64,000 bases of DNA, taken from positions 372,001-436,000 of the forward strand of contig JASANG010002537.1 of assembly GCA_030248215.1 (NCBI GenBank). Reading direction: 5' to 3'. The notes under the pieces were generated by a model that saw nothing but the letters and a program-made list of their open reading frames with translations, searched no databases and had not been told where the DNA came from. Shown one piece after another: positions 13,987-27,205 of this stretch. This stretch comes from Enoplolaimus lenunculus (taxonomy: Eukaryota). The translations under genes were made by a program, and so were the position numbers. How positions within the stretch are numbered: position 1 is the stretch's first letter; every line of letters starts with the position of its first letter.

Positions 13987-14149
13987 CGTTACGGTCTCCA
14001 AACGAAATCAAATCATTTTCGTCCGAAAACGCGTGAACACGTTGTCCATCAGTTGTGGTGAAGTGTTTTGTTTCTTCATTTTCTTTAATGTCGTTCAATT
14101 TGTGAACGCGTATTGCATTAATTGATAACGGATCGTTGGCTTCAGCCAT
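13987..14149 (-). CDS. Candidate alternative first coding exon of the reticulon gene (54 aa + phase 1)
   Basis: ATG at 14149 lies 19 nt after a TTTCAG acceptor (AG at 14170-14169). Open frame MAEANDPLSINAIRVHKLNDIKENEETKHFTTTDGQRVHAFSDENDLISFGDRN ends at G|GTACGT, phase 1, compatible with the RHD exon acceptor at 9334. No homology evidence. Confidence 0.45.
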
Positions 14150-14453
14150 TTCCGAGTCAATATTTGGGCTGAAATTAATTTTTTACTTCAAACGTCCTAC
14201 CGATACGGACGATTCACGTCCTCAATCCGAATTCATTTCTGTTTACAACAACCTCTTAATGTGACATTGTTAGCAATTTGCCAATTGTGTCTTTGGTGAG
14301 TGGGATGAAACTGTTTAGTCTATTTTTGACGAGCCGACCTCTCCAACGTAAATCTTTCGACAGGTCACTGCTGTAATTCGTACAGTTAATGGGACTATCT
14401 ATGCATCGCAATAATAAACATTCAATTAGAACAGATGTGTCTAGTATAGGGCC

Positions 14454-14497
14454 CCTAAGCCTAAGCCTAAGCCTAAGCCTAAGCCTAAGCCTAAGCC
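14454..14497 (-). repeat. Perfect interstitial (TTAGGC)7 telomere-type array
   Basis: (CCTAAG)n read directly. Confidence 0.95.
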
Positions 14498-14893
14498 TTG
14501 TCCACTGAAAAAAAGGGAAACTGGTCGACTTGGAAACTGAAGGATTAGGTTTAAGCTTGGTCTTAGTGAGCAGGCTCGTATATTTAACATAAACCGATTG
14601 AACTGTATGTGTAAAGCATGCATTGTGTGCGGAATGACGGTTCAGAATTTACTCTGATCATTAGTTTCCAATTGTCCACAGATCGGCAGGGTGTCGCTAT
14701 GCTTTTAGTTTGCTGTCGTCTCGCCGGAAACGGCCGCAAGTCAAGAAATTTTTCTTGAACAAATTGATTTGTAATGCCGTCACGACTCAGACCACATACC
14801 GCAAAATTCATGACGGCGCCGGACGTTGTCCAATGGAACCGCGGACGGCACCAACAGGTTGGAGAAAGTATAGTACCACCCTGATCAAGCTAT

Positions 14894-15043
14894 GGGTGAC
14901 GCTATAGCGGTCGTCCGGTCCGATGTCGTCCGTCACGAATCGTTACCATATCATATCGTAGGAGAGTAACTCACGCACGACATCGCACGGTGACGTACTG
15001 TGACGGACGGCGCCGGACGCTCATCTAAGGTATAGCGCCACCC
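14894..15043. mobile_element. GGG-ended palindromic MITE (GACGGCGCCGGACG family); a partial copy lies just upstream at about 14803-14882
   Basis: TIR GGGTGACGCTATA / TATAGCGCCACCC. The internal motif is shared with the 61709-61995 minisatellite. Confidence 0.6.
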
Positions 15044-16725
15044 TAAGGACGGTAAGATTTATTTCAAACACCGTCACTCACTCAAATATAAGACCATCCT
15101 GGTCGATAAGTGAATTGGACAAATTTTCCGCCGTCGCCCTGACAGCTTCGGTTTGACTGCGAATTTGCTCCAAATCCAGCAGCAAATCGTTGTCACTTCC
15201 AAAATCGTACGAGTGTGGTTCCTAAAAAATGGCAAAACAGGCTATTTGGAAATCGTTAGTTATTTATACTACGTGTAGCTTATGACAAGAGTGTGCCACT
15301 CTTGAGGTCCCGCATGGTACAAAATGTACGACCGGGCGTTTCGTTTTTGGCCGGCCCTGTTTAGAGGGGTGTCGCAGCCACATGAATGCCCTTAAATTAA
15401 ACTGTAAGGAGACCATGTTTGACGCCGCATACACAAAGTGCCAAGGTTCGCACTGGTTGTACCCCCTCTAAATAAAGGGGGGTAGGGAAAAAACGCAACG
15501 CGTGCCGGGTACATTTTTTCTAAACAGAATGTTCCCAGTTGCATACTCTTGTTGAAGTATGCATCATCCACTCTTGTTGATACTTATTGCAAGTTGTCAG
15601 TAAGGTTCTGGCCAGTATATACCAACAAGTCAAGTTGACGCAAATTAAACAATTCTATAAACAGGTGCTGGTTAAGAGGGGACTGAAAACTTCAAAGGAG
15701 CATGCGTTGATTTCGCATAATTGGCGAGATCATGTTCATTGAACAAATTAATTTGGTCTGTGGTACACTTTGTCCTACATGTGCGGGGAAGGCGTAGACA
15801 TCGCTGGACCAAGTAACGATCAGCGGGCGAACCGGTACTGCAATAGAGTAAGCTAAAGCTTCAAACTTAATTTTTTGCTTTGGCTTAGGATTAGGCATAG
15901 GCTTAAGGCTCATATTTAGGTATAGGCTTAGGCTTAGAAATATTTTTTGTTGCGGCTCTGTGCTATACATTGGCCGGATCGGTGTAGGTATAGGCTTACG
16001 CTTAGGTAAAGGTTCAGGCAATGTTTTAGGCTTTTAGCCTCAGTTGCGAAAGCGTTCAACAGCGAAACAATTAATCCGGTGTGTAGAAGACCTGGTCTTA
16101 CCGATTTTTCCATGAGTTAGAATTTCAAAGTTGTTCCACTACGAATATATTTACAGCGTATCATCATTGATTTATTTCGTTTTTATTTACGTTTATCGCA
16201 GACGGCAGTGGTCTATAAAAATGTATTGATTTCAATGTGCATTATTAGAATTTTAAATTAAAAAAATGAGAAATTAATCTCATGCCCAATAACAACAGCA
16301 TGATAAATTGTGCTGATTTTAATCGCGCTATCTTTGAAGATACATTGCATTTTAGATACAGCATCCAAACTGCAACTTTTACATATGGCTGATTTGAGGA
16401 AAACGATCACAAAAATTTGACGCAAAACAAGCCTGTAGCTGCACAGCTCCCAGTATACTGACCCCAACATTGAAAACATTTTTCGTTTCATTACAGGTGC
16501 GTATACAAGGCGAGATATTGTTCCACAATGAAATTTCTGCAAAAGTTGAAAAAGGCACATTTACAGGGTGTCCAATAACAAGCAGTGGTCAAAACATTTC
16601 TTGTTCGCTAAGCTCACTTGTCAAAATTTTTTTAAACTTTAATCCTGGCTACGCCCCTATTCCTTCACTTTCTCCAAATCTGTATAGCTTCACGAATTTA
16701 TTGATGGCTACCTGCTAAAATCGTA

Positions 16726-16873
16726 GGCCCATATAAAGATCGGGGGCGGAACGTTTTTCTTTTGTACTGCAGTAGAGTAAGCTTAAGCTTTAGACTATTT
16801 TTTAATTTAGGCTTAGGTTTAGGCTTAGGAATATGTTTATAATACTTCTCTGCTCCTGTTCTTTACATTGGCC
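16726..16873. mobile_element. TTAGGC-bearing GGCC-ended MITE
   Basis: GGCCCATATAAAGATCGGGGGCGGAAC ... CTCCTGTTCTTTACATTGGCC termini. Confidence 0.8.
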
Positions 16874-19041
16874 AAAGTTTATTGCAAAATACCTTCTATC
16901 GCTTGCGTTTCAATTACAAGCGTTAATTTAATAGAATGCAAAATTATTTCCACACTGCTATTTATGATATACAATCAAGCCTAATTGCTTGTGCTTAGAC
17001 TATTCCTAAGCCCAAGCCCAAGCTAAGCCTGAGCCAAAGCCTAAGCCAAAGCCTAAGCGAAAGAATGATCCTAAACCTAAGCCTGAACCGAATCAGAACA
17101 TTAGTTTAAAGCTTAAGCTTACTCTATCGCAGTCCCGTAGAAAACCGTTATGCCCCTGATCTTTAGATGAGCCTCAAACGCAAACAAAGCACACTTATAC
17201 CTGCGATCAAAAACAAAACAACGGCGTTCACAAAAACCAGCCCAAATCACTTAATGCTATGTATTATCTATACATATACACCCTTCCTGTAAACGCTTTA
17301 GTCTAAAAACTAACAATTACACAGGCCTATATAAAAGCAAAACCTAAATATCAGTCACCAATATTCCTGTGTCGCTTTGAGCTGATAACTATTAAATAGC
17401 TCTTACAAAGGTTTCTGTATATCATACAGGCAGACACACAGGCGTCGAAAAATACAAAACGAAGCAACCGGCTGTAAACATTGGAAATCAGAGCGTCCGA
17501 TGAATACAGTGATTCGACCAATTCGTCGCCCGAATGAAAGTCAAAGTTGCAAAATGTTTAACCTAAGATTAGATCCATCCTTCAAATATATTCCCGTTGC
17601 CCGAAACTTGGAAGTTTTATGGATATTATTTTCACGAGCAGCTAAACTGCGCGCAATTAAGATAAGAGCTAATACAATCTTCAAGTGTTCGAAGCGTTAT
17701 GGAAAGGCACGCGGCACACCATAATCCTCTTTTCGACGCCGACTACGAATGTTTCACTTCGAGAGGATATATGGTTTAAAGTGAAAACTGGGACGAGCAC
17801 GCGTAGCCTGTGAAAAAATTATATTTAGACGCCTGGCCGTGGTGGTTGTTCGAAGGCCTGCCGAGTTTCCGAACCCGTGAAAACGATCACCTTGTAAAGT
17901 AGTGTAAACAAGAAAACCTTAGGAGCGAAGCGAGCGGGAAGCAAGACACATTTCAAAAACAAATCAGTTTTTGTTTGAACTGAACCAAAATGTTGGTATG
18001 GCAGTGGTTGATCCGGCTTCGGTGGTCCAATATGCACAATTGGAGCGATAATTTTTAATAAATTGTGCAATTAAACTATACGTTTTAGTTTTAGGATATA
18101 TTTTTTGACGCTAACACCAGTTTGCATGTATGTGATGGATCCGCTGTCATACTGTGCTGAAAATTTTTGCAATGCAAATCGTTTATCACAAGCTAGCATA
18201 TGGCTGGGCTTCTGAAACCCTTCTTAAGTACAACTTCATACTTAAGCATTGTCTAGCAATTACTTAACTTATTTATCGTTTCCAGAGGTGTACTAAATAG
18301 ACAGTTAATTTGGTGTCTATATTTGAAGTGGTACAGCCTAACAGTTCTGTCATTGACATTGTTGTAATTATTAAGATGGAACGGTGTCTTATATCTCAAA
18401 ACTGTGGCTTCCTTCCAGTACAACAGTTTCAAAACTATATCGTTTGTGTGTTTTTGGTCAAATAGTTAAGTATCTATTTACTTGATTCGACAACTAAAGC
18501 AAGTACCTAAGTTTAACTTAAGTATAAATACTAAAGTAACAATTTAGAAATCCAATCGATATGTTTCAAAGTCAAATAGTTGTGAAAAAACAGGCTAAGT
18601 ATAAGCTTGCCATCCTTTCTGTGAAAAGTCGAAAAACTTCAAACACCAACCAAACAACGTATCACCAAAAACCTTGAAACGGCGCCGCCACAATTTACCT
18701 AATACCCACGTTATCTATAAAGACCTACGGCTTATCAAACCCTAGGCAAACACATCTGCGCATAGATTCAGAGAGCATAGTCGAAGTTATACTGACCGTG
18801 TGAAATAGTCCCATACCATGACGACGTATATAGTGAGCTTGTGATCGAAACTCAAAGCTAGCATTGGTCCGGCACTGGTTTCATGGTTTCAGCGTTGTGT
18901 GCCCGTTTCGATGGTAACTAAAGCAACTTGACACATATACAATGTTGCATGCTTGTCACTCGGGTCTGTATACTTTTGAGCTATTGAAGGGCAAAGCTAT
19001 AGTATAACGTTTGAAGGGTGCTTTATACATTTCCTGCAGGT

Positions 19042-19253
19042 GGCCCATGTAAAGATCAGGGCCGGAACGTTTTTGTGCGGGATTAGAATAGAGTAAGCTT
19101 AAGCTTTAGGCGAATTATTTTGTTTGGCTTAGGCTTAGGCCTAGGCTTAGGCTTAGGAATAAACTCATCTTAGGCTTAGGCTTAGGCTTAATCTTAGGCT
19201 TATGCTTAGGAATATGCTTATAATACTGTTCCGCTCCTGGTCTTTACATGGCC
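19042..19253. mobile_element. TTAGGC-bearing GGCC-ended MITE with 8-bp TSD
   Basis: About 27-bp TIRs, TSD CTGCAGGT/CTTCAGGT (7/8), and two internal TTAGGC blocks. Confidence 0.88.
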
Positions 19254-21454
19254 CTTCAGGTTTACACCTAATAGTATGCAAAGGTTTACAAAATCATTTT
19301 TAAGCATATGCATTCGATTTGAACCTCTGACTATAGCCTGAGTTAAAGACTAATAATAAATTTTAGATCAAGCGGAAAGCGTACGAGAGCCGTTTGAACT
19401 TGGAAGCGGATGCTATCGAAAAATAAACAACGGCCAACTCTCGAAATATACGTAGCTGCTACTATTTTGTGATTGAAAGCCTACTGCTTCGGTGAACTTT
19501 AGACAGTGTTGCATTCTTTTGTTTCAAGCACACCACAAGTTTCTGTTTGTTTCGTTTAAAGGTCGTGCCTAGGGCGTCCGCGCCCCTTCCTTAAACATCA
19601 ACTTTGGGTTGTTTAGCAATGGTGCATCCGATCTTTTGATGGGGAGCTGAGTCCGAAATCAGCTCAGCCTCTCCGCCAAGCCTACTCCAGATAGCCTTTG
19701 AAGCCGAACTTTTCAGCTCTTTTTAGGTCTGCTAAAGTTTTGGCAAATCAAGCGGGTAACTGGGATCAAATGATGTTCACTATGAGCAATTTGCATATGT
19801 TTTTAAATTTAATCATCTCAAAAATTTACTTTTTTACTAAATTTAAAGTATAATACGGCACCGCACGTGTCGGTCTAATATTTCACATGTTAAAATTCGC
19901 AGAAACCCTAGAAACAGCATCCTTCCGTAAGACAGTTTCGTTCATATATGTAAGGCTGGCGAAATTAAACCCATCAGCGACTCTCATACGAATGCCCATT
20001 TTATTAAATATGTATGAAACACCTAATATCTAATTAAAATAAATACGGTAATTAACTTTTAAACATTTTTCAGATAACTGAAGAACTTGGTACGAAAAAT
20101 GTAACAGAGATAGAGTTTCGAGAAATACCTTGCGTGTGAAGCGAGCAAGAAGAAAAGCGTAAGTTTTATTATTAAGTCAGAAGGTAAAGTGATGTTTTTG
20201 GTTCATTCGGACCCCGCTAAATACGCCGATTGCTGAAGTAGTAATGTTCATATGCGAAGTCTATGCTGCCACTTGGTTCCTATATTTTATAGTCATAATC
20301 GTTTGAACGCCAAACTGCCAATTTAAACAAATTTAAATATATGACACAAAATTGAAAATTTGCGACGTTACCAAACTCTAGTTTCGTTTTTGAAATATTT
20401 GTTTATAAGCTACAGATTTGAACGTGACAAAATTTTGCAGGGTTATTGTTCAACAATTAAATTAAAGTTTGCCAGGTAATTGCCCGTTTACTACCGTATT
20501 ATATAAACAAACTAGCGTAAGAATTTGGCTTAGGCGTATGCTTATATCCATAGGATTTATAGGTATAGATTTACGCTTAATTCCAAACATAGGCTTAAGA
20601 TAAATCAAACTATTTGCTTTGAAACGAAAGCGCTTTTTGTGATCTTTCATATCTGCTGTTAAAGCTTATTAATTCACAATATTTTTCATTAAATTGAGGT
20701 GCAAAACTAAACAATATATTCTAGTTCGTTCTAATCCAGTCTTGTTGAACTTAAATCGGCTAAAACTTTCGTTGGCAAGTTTTGGAACGTACAAGATTTT
20801 ATAGCGACAACCTACAGCTTCAACTTATACACGCAAGTGTTGCAGTAAGGTGTTTAAGCAAACTTACATCTGCAAGATGCAGTTGCAAGGGTTCGTTCCA
20901 AAAACTTGCACGCGTGAATAGGACTTTAATAAAATTGAATAAAACTTTGTCTAGTATAAAATTTTTTTATCACTTTGCATTTAACTTGTGAGATTCCGCG
21001 ATTAAATAACGTTTTCCAATATTGTCCAAATTGCCAAGACAAATCGCTTTAATGACAGGTATAAAGTTATAACATATTAAAACATTCACTGTTATTGTCA
21101 AGAGCCTGTTCTACTTACCTATCGACCAGACACATTCGCCTCGAAAATGTTAACGCGATATTTACTGGTAAATATAGCAATCAAATTCAATAACTCGCTA
21201 AGGAATTTTGTCAAAAATACAAAACATTTTTCACGTTTCGAAAAAAGCGTCTAAGTTGACGCTAAATTAGCGTTTTAATTTAATAAACGCTAAAAAGAGT
21301 TCACAGTAGCGGTTTAGCACGCACGCGACTCATTTTAGCGTTTCTCAATGTAGACAAAAACCATTTTGATAGATGCTGTTTGAACCTCGAAATGCGTTTA
21401 AAATAGCGATATATTTTTGACACGATTTGTAACCATATGAGTTGAATACTTAAT

Positions 21455-24416
21455 CTAAAAAAGTTCGGTCATATTTGACTGTTGCACATCACACGGTTGA
21501 CCTTTTGACGACAGCTCTTGAATGATCATAAAGTAAGAAAGAATGATCGAAGCGATCTGAAATAATCACTATTGGATCTGTGGTTTTTAAGGAGTGAACT
21601 TTCTGTACTGACCCTTAGCCAGCGCACCTTCCTTGGGGGAATATAATTTTTCAGCAGAGGCATACAAGGGTTTTTGTTGACTTACATGCAAAGTTGACAA
21701 TTTTCTAGGCGGGTCAAAAATTTTTCATGGGGGCTAGGCCCATGTCTCCCCTGGCCCCCACCTTTGCTACAGGCCGGTTTCTCTATATTTTAGCAGAATT
21801 ACATTGTGTCAAACGATAGAAAGCTATAAGCTTACCTTGCGCCGTTGTAAACTTTGAACTCATAGAGAGGAGATTTTCTAGTCCAACTCAGCCGTATGAA
21901 TCCTATGATTGGCTTTAAGTAGTAAATGCTGGAAAATTGTCGCAGTTTATGCCAGGAAAAATACTTTGATTTACCTTATGGTTAAGCCGAAGATGAAGAT
22001 GCTCTACAATTATGAAGATCCGACTTTAACCCTTTCTCACATCAATATTTTCTATTTCCCCTGAGACCTACTTTTATGCTAGGATTCGAACTCGGGTGAC
22101 TGGCGGGGGAGGCGTATACCATCACCACTCAGCTATAGGAGCTTGACGCTCGAGCCCGAGGGGGCTCTCACGTCTTGTGGTGATTTAGTACTATGTATAC
22201 GTGTTGCAATTGTTAAACACAGTGCGATATACATTATTTAACGTGCATACACTGCGCTTAGTTGCCTATAGGCAACTCAATGTGAGAAGGGGTTAAATTT
22301 TTCAATTTCATTCATTTATCTCACTCTGTTTTGAGCTAATGCATCAATTTATAGTGCAATCGAATGCAATTAAGAATTGGCGGCGTTCGATACTGCAAAA
22401 ACGCCTTAAAATGCAACTGGCGCGTTATTAACGATTATTCAACAAAGCCGTCCATTAGGACCGGGCAGAACAAGTATCAGAATTTGCAGGGCGTCTTCCC
22501 TGGTGCCCATCTCGGGTCGCCGATGTCAAATTAAACTAATTACTGCAAAAATTAATTACCGAGATTAAAAGCGCTCGAGTGATAGTTGCACAACCTCCCG
22601 CTGTGATTGCCACGCGGTTGTGAAGTATTAAATTGATTAAACAATTCATATCTTTGTTCTGTTGTTGCTGTTCCTAAAACATTCGTTTCGCAATGCGGCT
22701 TTGATTTTGTTCAGTAAATTCAGCAAGCAAAAGTTAAACTAAGCAAAATAAACTACTTTCATTTAGAGATACTCATACAGCAGTGACGGTCACTTTTTTT
22801 GCTTTCTGGGTATAACCGTGATCCAACTGTAACCCTTTGACTCGTATAAGCGAGTTCAATACACTACGACAATAAGTTATTATTCCATACTTAGCGAACA
22901 ACGTAATCTAAAGAACTCAAATTTTGCGTGACCTTATCAACTATAACTGTCCATGCATAGAACATGGCTGTAACCGTAGAATAAGCATCCTAAGCCTAAG
23001 CCTAAGCAGTCAACAAAGGTCTTCTTTACGATCCACGTTGAAAGCATTAGACATCGAAGGGTTGAATAAAACGAAGTTGCTCATGGCTTAGGATTAGAGT
23101 CTCATTCTATGAATCAAATTTTCAATGTTAGCTGTTTATGGTACCTACCGAAATGTAGCCGGATCCGGATGTCTGTTTCCGATAAAAACGCCAAGACAAA
23201 ATTTGTGTCGTTTTAATTTGATGGATACTATATATAAGACGGCCATTGACATTTTCTATTAGATTATTTTATTTTAATCATCATCAGTTTCCTTGTTCAA
23301 GCTATCCGTTTACAAGCTGAAACTTACCGCTTCAGTATGCTGTCCGCATTGGGCAAAATGCTCAAACCGCTCAGCATCCTTATCCAAAATTACAACACCA
23401 AGGCTCCAAAGCGAGTGATTTACTACCGCTGGTGGAACATTAATCATCAACACAAGAATCGTTGCAAACCCGATCCACTGGCAAAATGCTAATATTGTGC
23501 TCCGCTCTTGGCTCTCGCCAATCATGTATAAGTTTGAACCGATTAACAAAATTAGCACACAGTCTGCCCACATAAAGTACCATGACCATTGTTGTTCTAA
23601 AAATTCGACAACTTTAACAATCCGCTGAAACGAACGCCGAGCCCATCGAGTTGTATCCACCGACACCAGTTGGGTTGCCTGGATTCGGGACTGGTATGTG
23701 GCGAGGCAACTGGCAACAAGGGCCATTTGATACGCTTGCATCAAACTAGTGCCCAGGACTGATAGAATTGGATAGAATAGGGCAGCGCTAAGTGATCGTG
23801 TTACCACATTGTCGACAAAAAATAGCGAAATTTTCGCTGGTAGCGAAATAATGCCATGTGATCCGAGGATAATTACGGTTATCTGAATGGTAACCAACAA
23901 AACGACCAATGCAGCAGCAGTGCGGACTATAAAAATGACCCGGACATGGCGAATATTAAAGTATGAGGAGTAAGGAAGACTTGCAGGATGCAGATCCGTT
24001 TGTGGCACTTTTTCGCGGACAACAGAATTGGAATTAGATTGTTCTTTGACTTCATCACAACATCCGGTTTCGTCTGGACCGGGTGCAGTTAAACAATCCT
24101 GAACAAAAGAACAAAATTGACAAATTTTATGACGGTGGACAAAACACCAAAACCAACTTCCGCTGCAAAGCATAGCGTTGAAAAACCAAGCCATAACGCA
24201 AGTTGAATGCAAATCAAGTTGACCCAAATGTTTTAAAAATTGCAATGCGCGGACGGTGAAAAATGCAAGCAGAGTTCCGGTAACGCCAGAGTACACACAC
24301 ATTAGACGGTTAAGCTTTGATGATTGGAATAGAGGCGCTGGTAAACAACCAGCACAGGCTAATATGTAGAAAATTGGCTTGCCTAAATCGTAGCATAGTG
24401 AACTTCGGAAACTCAT
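21455..24416 (-). CDS. Gustatory receptor-like 7TM chemoreceptor/ion channel, paralogue 1 (~434 aa); exons 23328-24416, 22560-22673, 21455-21556
   Basis: Long multi-TM first exon ending GCG|GTAAGT, then phase-0 exon EQQQQNKDMNCLINLILHNRVAITAGGCATITRALLIS, then phase-0 exon IASIILSYFMIIQELSSKGQPCDVQQSNMTELF*. The ITAG..I.R.LL / TY.....Q-type TM7 signature and C-terminal phase-0 introns are typical of the GR superfamily. Start taken at the first in-frame ATG. Confidence 0.85.
22030..22292. mobile_element. piggyBac-type MITE (TTAA TSD) containing a tRNA-like Pol III promoter, in GR paralogue 1 intron 2
   Basis: TTAA|CCCTTTCTCACAT ... ATGTGAGAAGGGG|TTAA. The minus-strand interior has A box TAGCTGAGTGG and B box GAGTTCGAATCC. 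Confidence 0.8.
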
Positions 24417-24643
24417 TTTTACATTAATTTCGTTCGAAACATTAAAGGTTCCGGAAGTACAGTGCAAAATTGGTCGTCAAATGATTAAACATATTTAAAA
24501 TGTCTGAAACGTATAGTCATGTTATGTTATAGATTTCTTAACTCTAAAATGGGTTGTTTCAAAGCAAACGTTTGGTTTAGACGCAAAACTACAACCACCA
24601 CTACCGGTGGCTGACCCTGAATAAGTGAAGGGCGGGGGATATG

Positions 24644-24892
24644 CGCGGTAAATTCCAGTGAGTTGATTGGTCAACTCAAAGAATTAGTTATTTCTGGTTA
24701 TTCCTGAGTTAATAACAGTTAATATTAATTCACTCTGAGCTGATTTAATTCCGTGTAAATTGACGAATTAACTCAGAATGATTTCAATCATTTCAGAATT
24801 CTGAGTTTTAAAAGACCTAAAATTCAGAGCTTAATCTTCTGAGTAAATTCAACTCATCCTGAGTTAAAATCAGCTCACTGGAATTCACAGTG
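24644..24892. mobile_element. MITE with AACTCAGAAT/ATTCTGAGTT internal repeats; partial copy at about 28199-28305
   Basis: Inverted ends CGCGGTAAATTCCAGTGAGTTGATT / AATCAGCTCACTGGAATTCACAGTG. Confidence 0.65.
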
Positions 24893-26281
24893 TATCGTGA
24901 TAAACGTTCTCGGACGTAGTATAAATATTGGAATCTAGAAATTTTCAAGCTTTTTTGCCGTTCATTTGCTTTTTTCGACCGACCGTCATTTGTTTCGTTG
25001 TTTTTTGGGGTAATTTTTGAATTTGAAAATAGCTGATAACTCAAAACGTTTGGACAACACTGTATGAATTGTTAAAAAATAGCGAATTCAACATCATTTT
25101 AACTTTTTAAATTTTTCAAGATTTTTGCAGACAATGTTACTTTTATTGCTGTAACAGTAGGTTAAGCGTATTCGTAAGCCTAAGCCTAAGCCTAAGCGTT
25201 GCAAAAGCGTATTCCTAAGCTTAAGCCTAAGCCTAAGCCTAAGCAAAAAAATGTAGTCTAGAATGTAAGCCTTCTCTGTTACAGACCCACCAAAAACCGG
25301 AACGGCCTTAAAAGCAACATAGGACATCTTTTCTATTGGAAAATTACTGTTTTAACCGTATCACGGTACAAAATTGGTCAAGTTTTACAGATAACATAAA
25401 CGGAAAAATCCTTGATTCATAGAAGAAAATGAATTAAGTTATATATTGAAAGAAATTGCGTTAAATACAGTTGAAATTTAACTCAACATAAAATAATTAA
25501 AATAGGTATATTCTGAGTTAAAAATGAAAAGCTCTAAGGAAGCCCTCGACCCAACTTTAATTTAGTTTCAATGGCTCTTGTACACTTCTCCACACATTTC
25601 ATTGTTAAGGCTTTTAGGCTTTACACACAGGTTTAGGCGTAGGAAAAAGCTTAGCCAAACGTGTTGGCTTACTCTCACTAAACCTAAGCCAGAACAAAAG
25701 TACATCAAAGGAGTAGAAACGAGCCATTTTATCTGTTTGGATGAAAATGTGCTCTTGAATGCACTTCCACCCCATAAAATATTTTCGCCCCCATAAAAAT
25801 CGGTAATTCCTGCAGTTCGAGGTTGTGCACTATTTATTGTAAAAAAAACTACGCTCGAAAATAGATTAAATCAAACGCAATTTCAAATGAAAAATAGCAA
25901 TGCAATTGGCCATACGGTGTTATGGGGGAATATTAATCAAAATGCTGATAACGATTTTAGGCAAACAAATTCGGGTTTCATTGTCATAGCTATTTTTTTG
26001 CATTAACATTTCCGACCCAAATTGTCGGTTTCTCCTTCAGGCCAAACACTCTTAAAGAGTAGGGTGTGAATAATGCTTTATACGCATGTTTACAAGTATA
26101 TTAAAGATTTTAATTATTGCACAAGTATAAGTTTCAGTCGTCTCATTTTGAAACCAAACTTTCTTACAGTAAAACTTCAGGGTCCGGGCCTAATATATCC
26201 TAATAGGCTTACGGTTGTTTTTAATTTTGTCATTTTAGAGTCTCAACTCAAGTCAATCTTTGTACGAAGACTATAATTCAA

Positions 26282-26400
26282 ATATATATACCTATATACA
26301 TGTGTATATAGGTGTGTATATATGTATATATATGTTTATATATGTATATATATGTATATATATGTTTATATATGTATATATGTATATATATGTATATATA
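26282..26400. repeat. (TA)n/(TATATG)n microsatellite
   Basis: Direct reading. Confidence 0.95.
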
Positions 26401-27205
26401 ATGTAAGTAATATTTAAGGTCATCACACGATTGTATCTAGCAACGTCTCTCCAAACAATACTATATAGTTGCAGCTAAAAACCAAACAAAAATTAGACTC
26501 CGTTTTATGCTAGGTACATGCCATCCCAGTCTCGCCTAAATTCCAATATGGAATTAGATCAAAATCAAACATAAAGGATTAAACAAACATTCTGCGGTAT
26601 AATTGAATCAATTAGGCACCATAATTGTAGGTCCCAGCGTACCATATCATAGATAAGGCCAACTGTTTCAGAAGGGCTCATATTCCTAAGATACTTTATT
26701 GCTCAAAAGTGAAACTGTAAACCTTTGCTAGAAAACACGAGGTTTGATGTGCCATTATGGTACGGAACGAAAGATTGAAGGTGTGTGGGTAATGCAGTTC
26801 AAGATGAAAAATTCACATCTGTATAAATTAAGTTGGAATGCTCTACATAAGTGCGTATTTTGGGCAACTTTTCAGCATTACTTTGCTTAAAAATAAATTT
26901 TTAAAATGTAAACGTGATTGTTCTATGAAAACAAAATCTGCATAGAGATGTTTGTGCATTCGCTGTAGTATTAGTAACAAGCGTCAAGTTGCATAACAAG
27001 TATGCAAATAACAAATTTTTAAATACTTTTGATGCGTACTTGGCTATTATGCACTTCTCTCTTACAAGCAAGCTTAGGTTTAAGAAAATGCTTACTATGC
27101 AAAACCTAAGTTTTTTACTAAACCTCTAAATCTTAGCCTTAGCCTTGAATATAGGAAAAAGTATCAGACATGCGTAATTTAAAAGGGCATTTAAAGTCTA
27201 ACAAA

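Noticed and set aside
13693..14125. Two overlapping plus-strand ORFs of 122 and 130 aa
   Set aside because: No recognisable motifs. Partly antisense to the candidate reticulon exon.
14454..14497. True telomere or healed chromosome break
   Set aside because: Only 7 units, internal, and the window is full of element-borne TTAGGC blocks.
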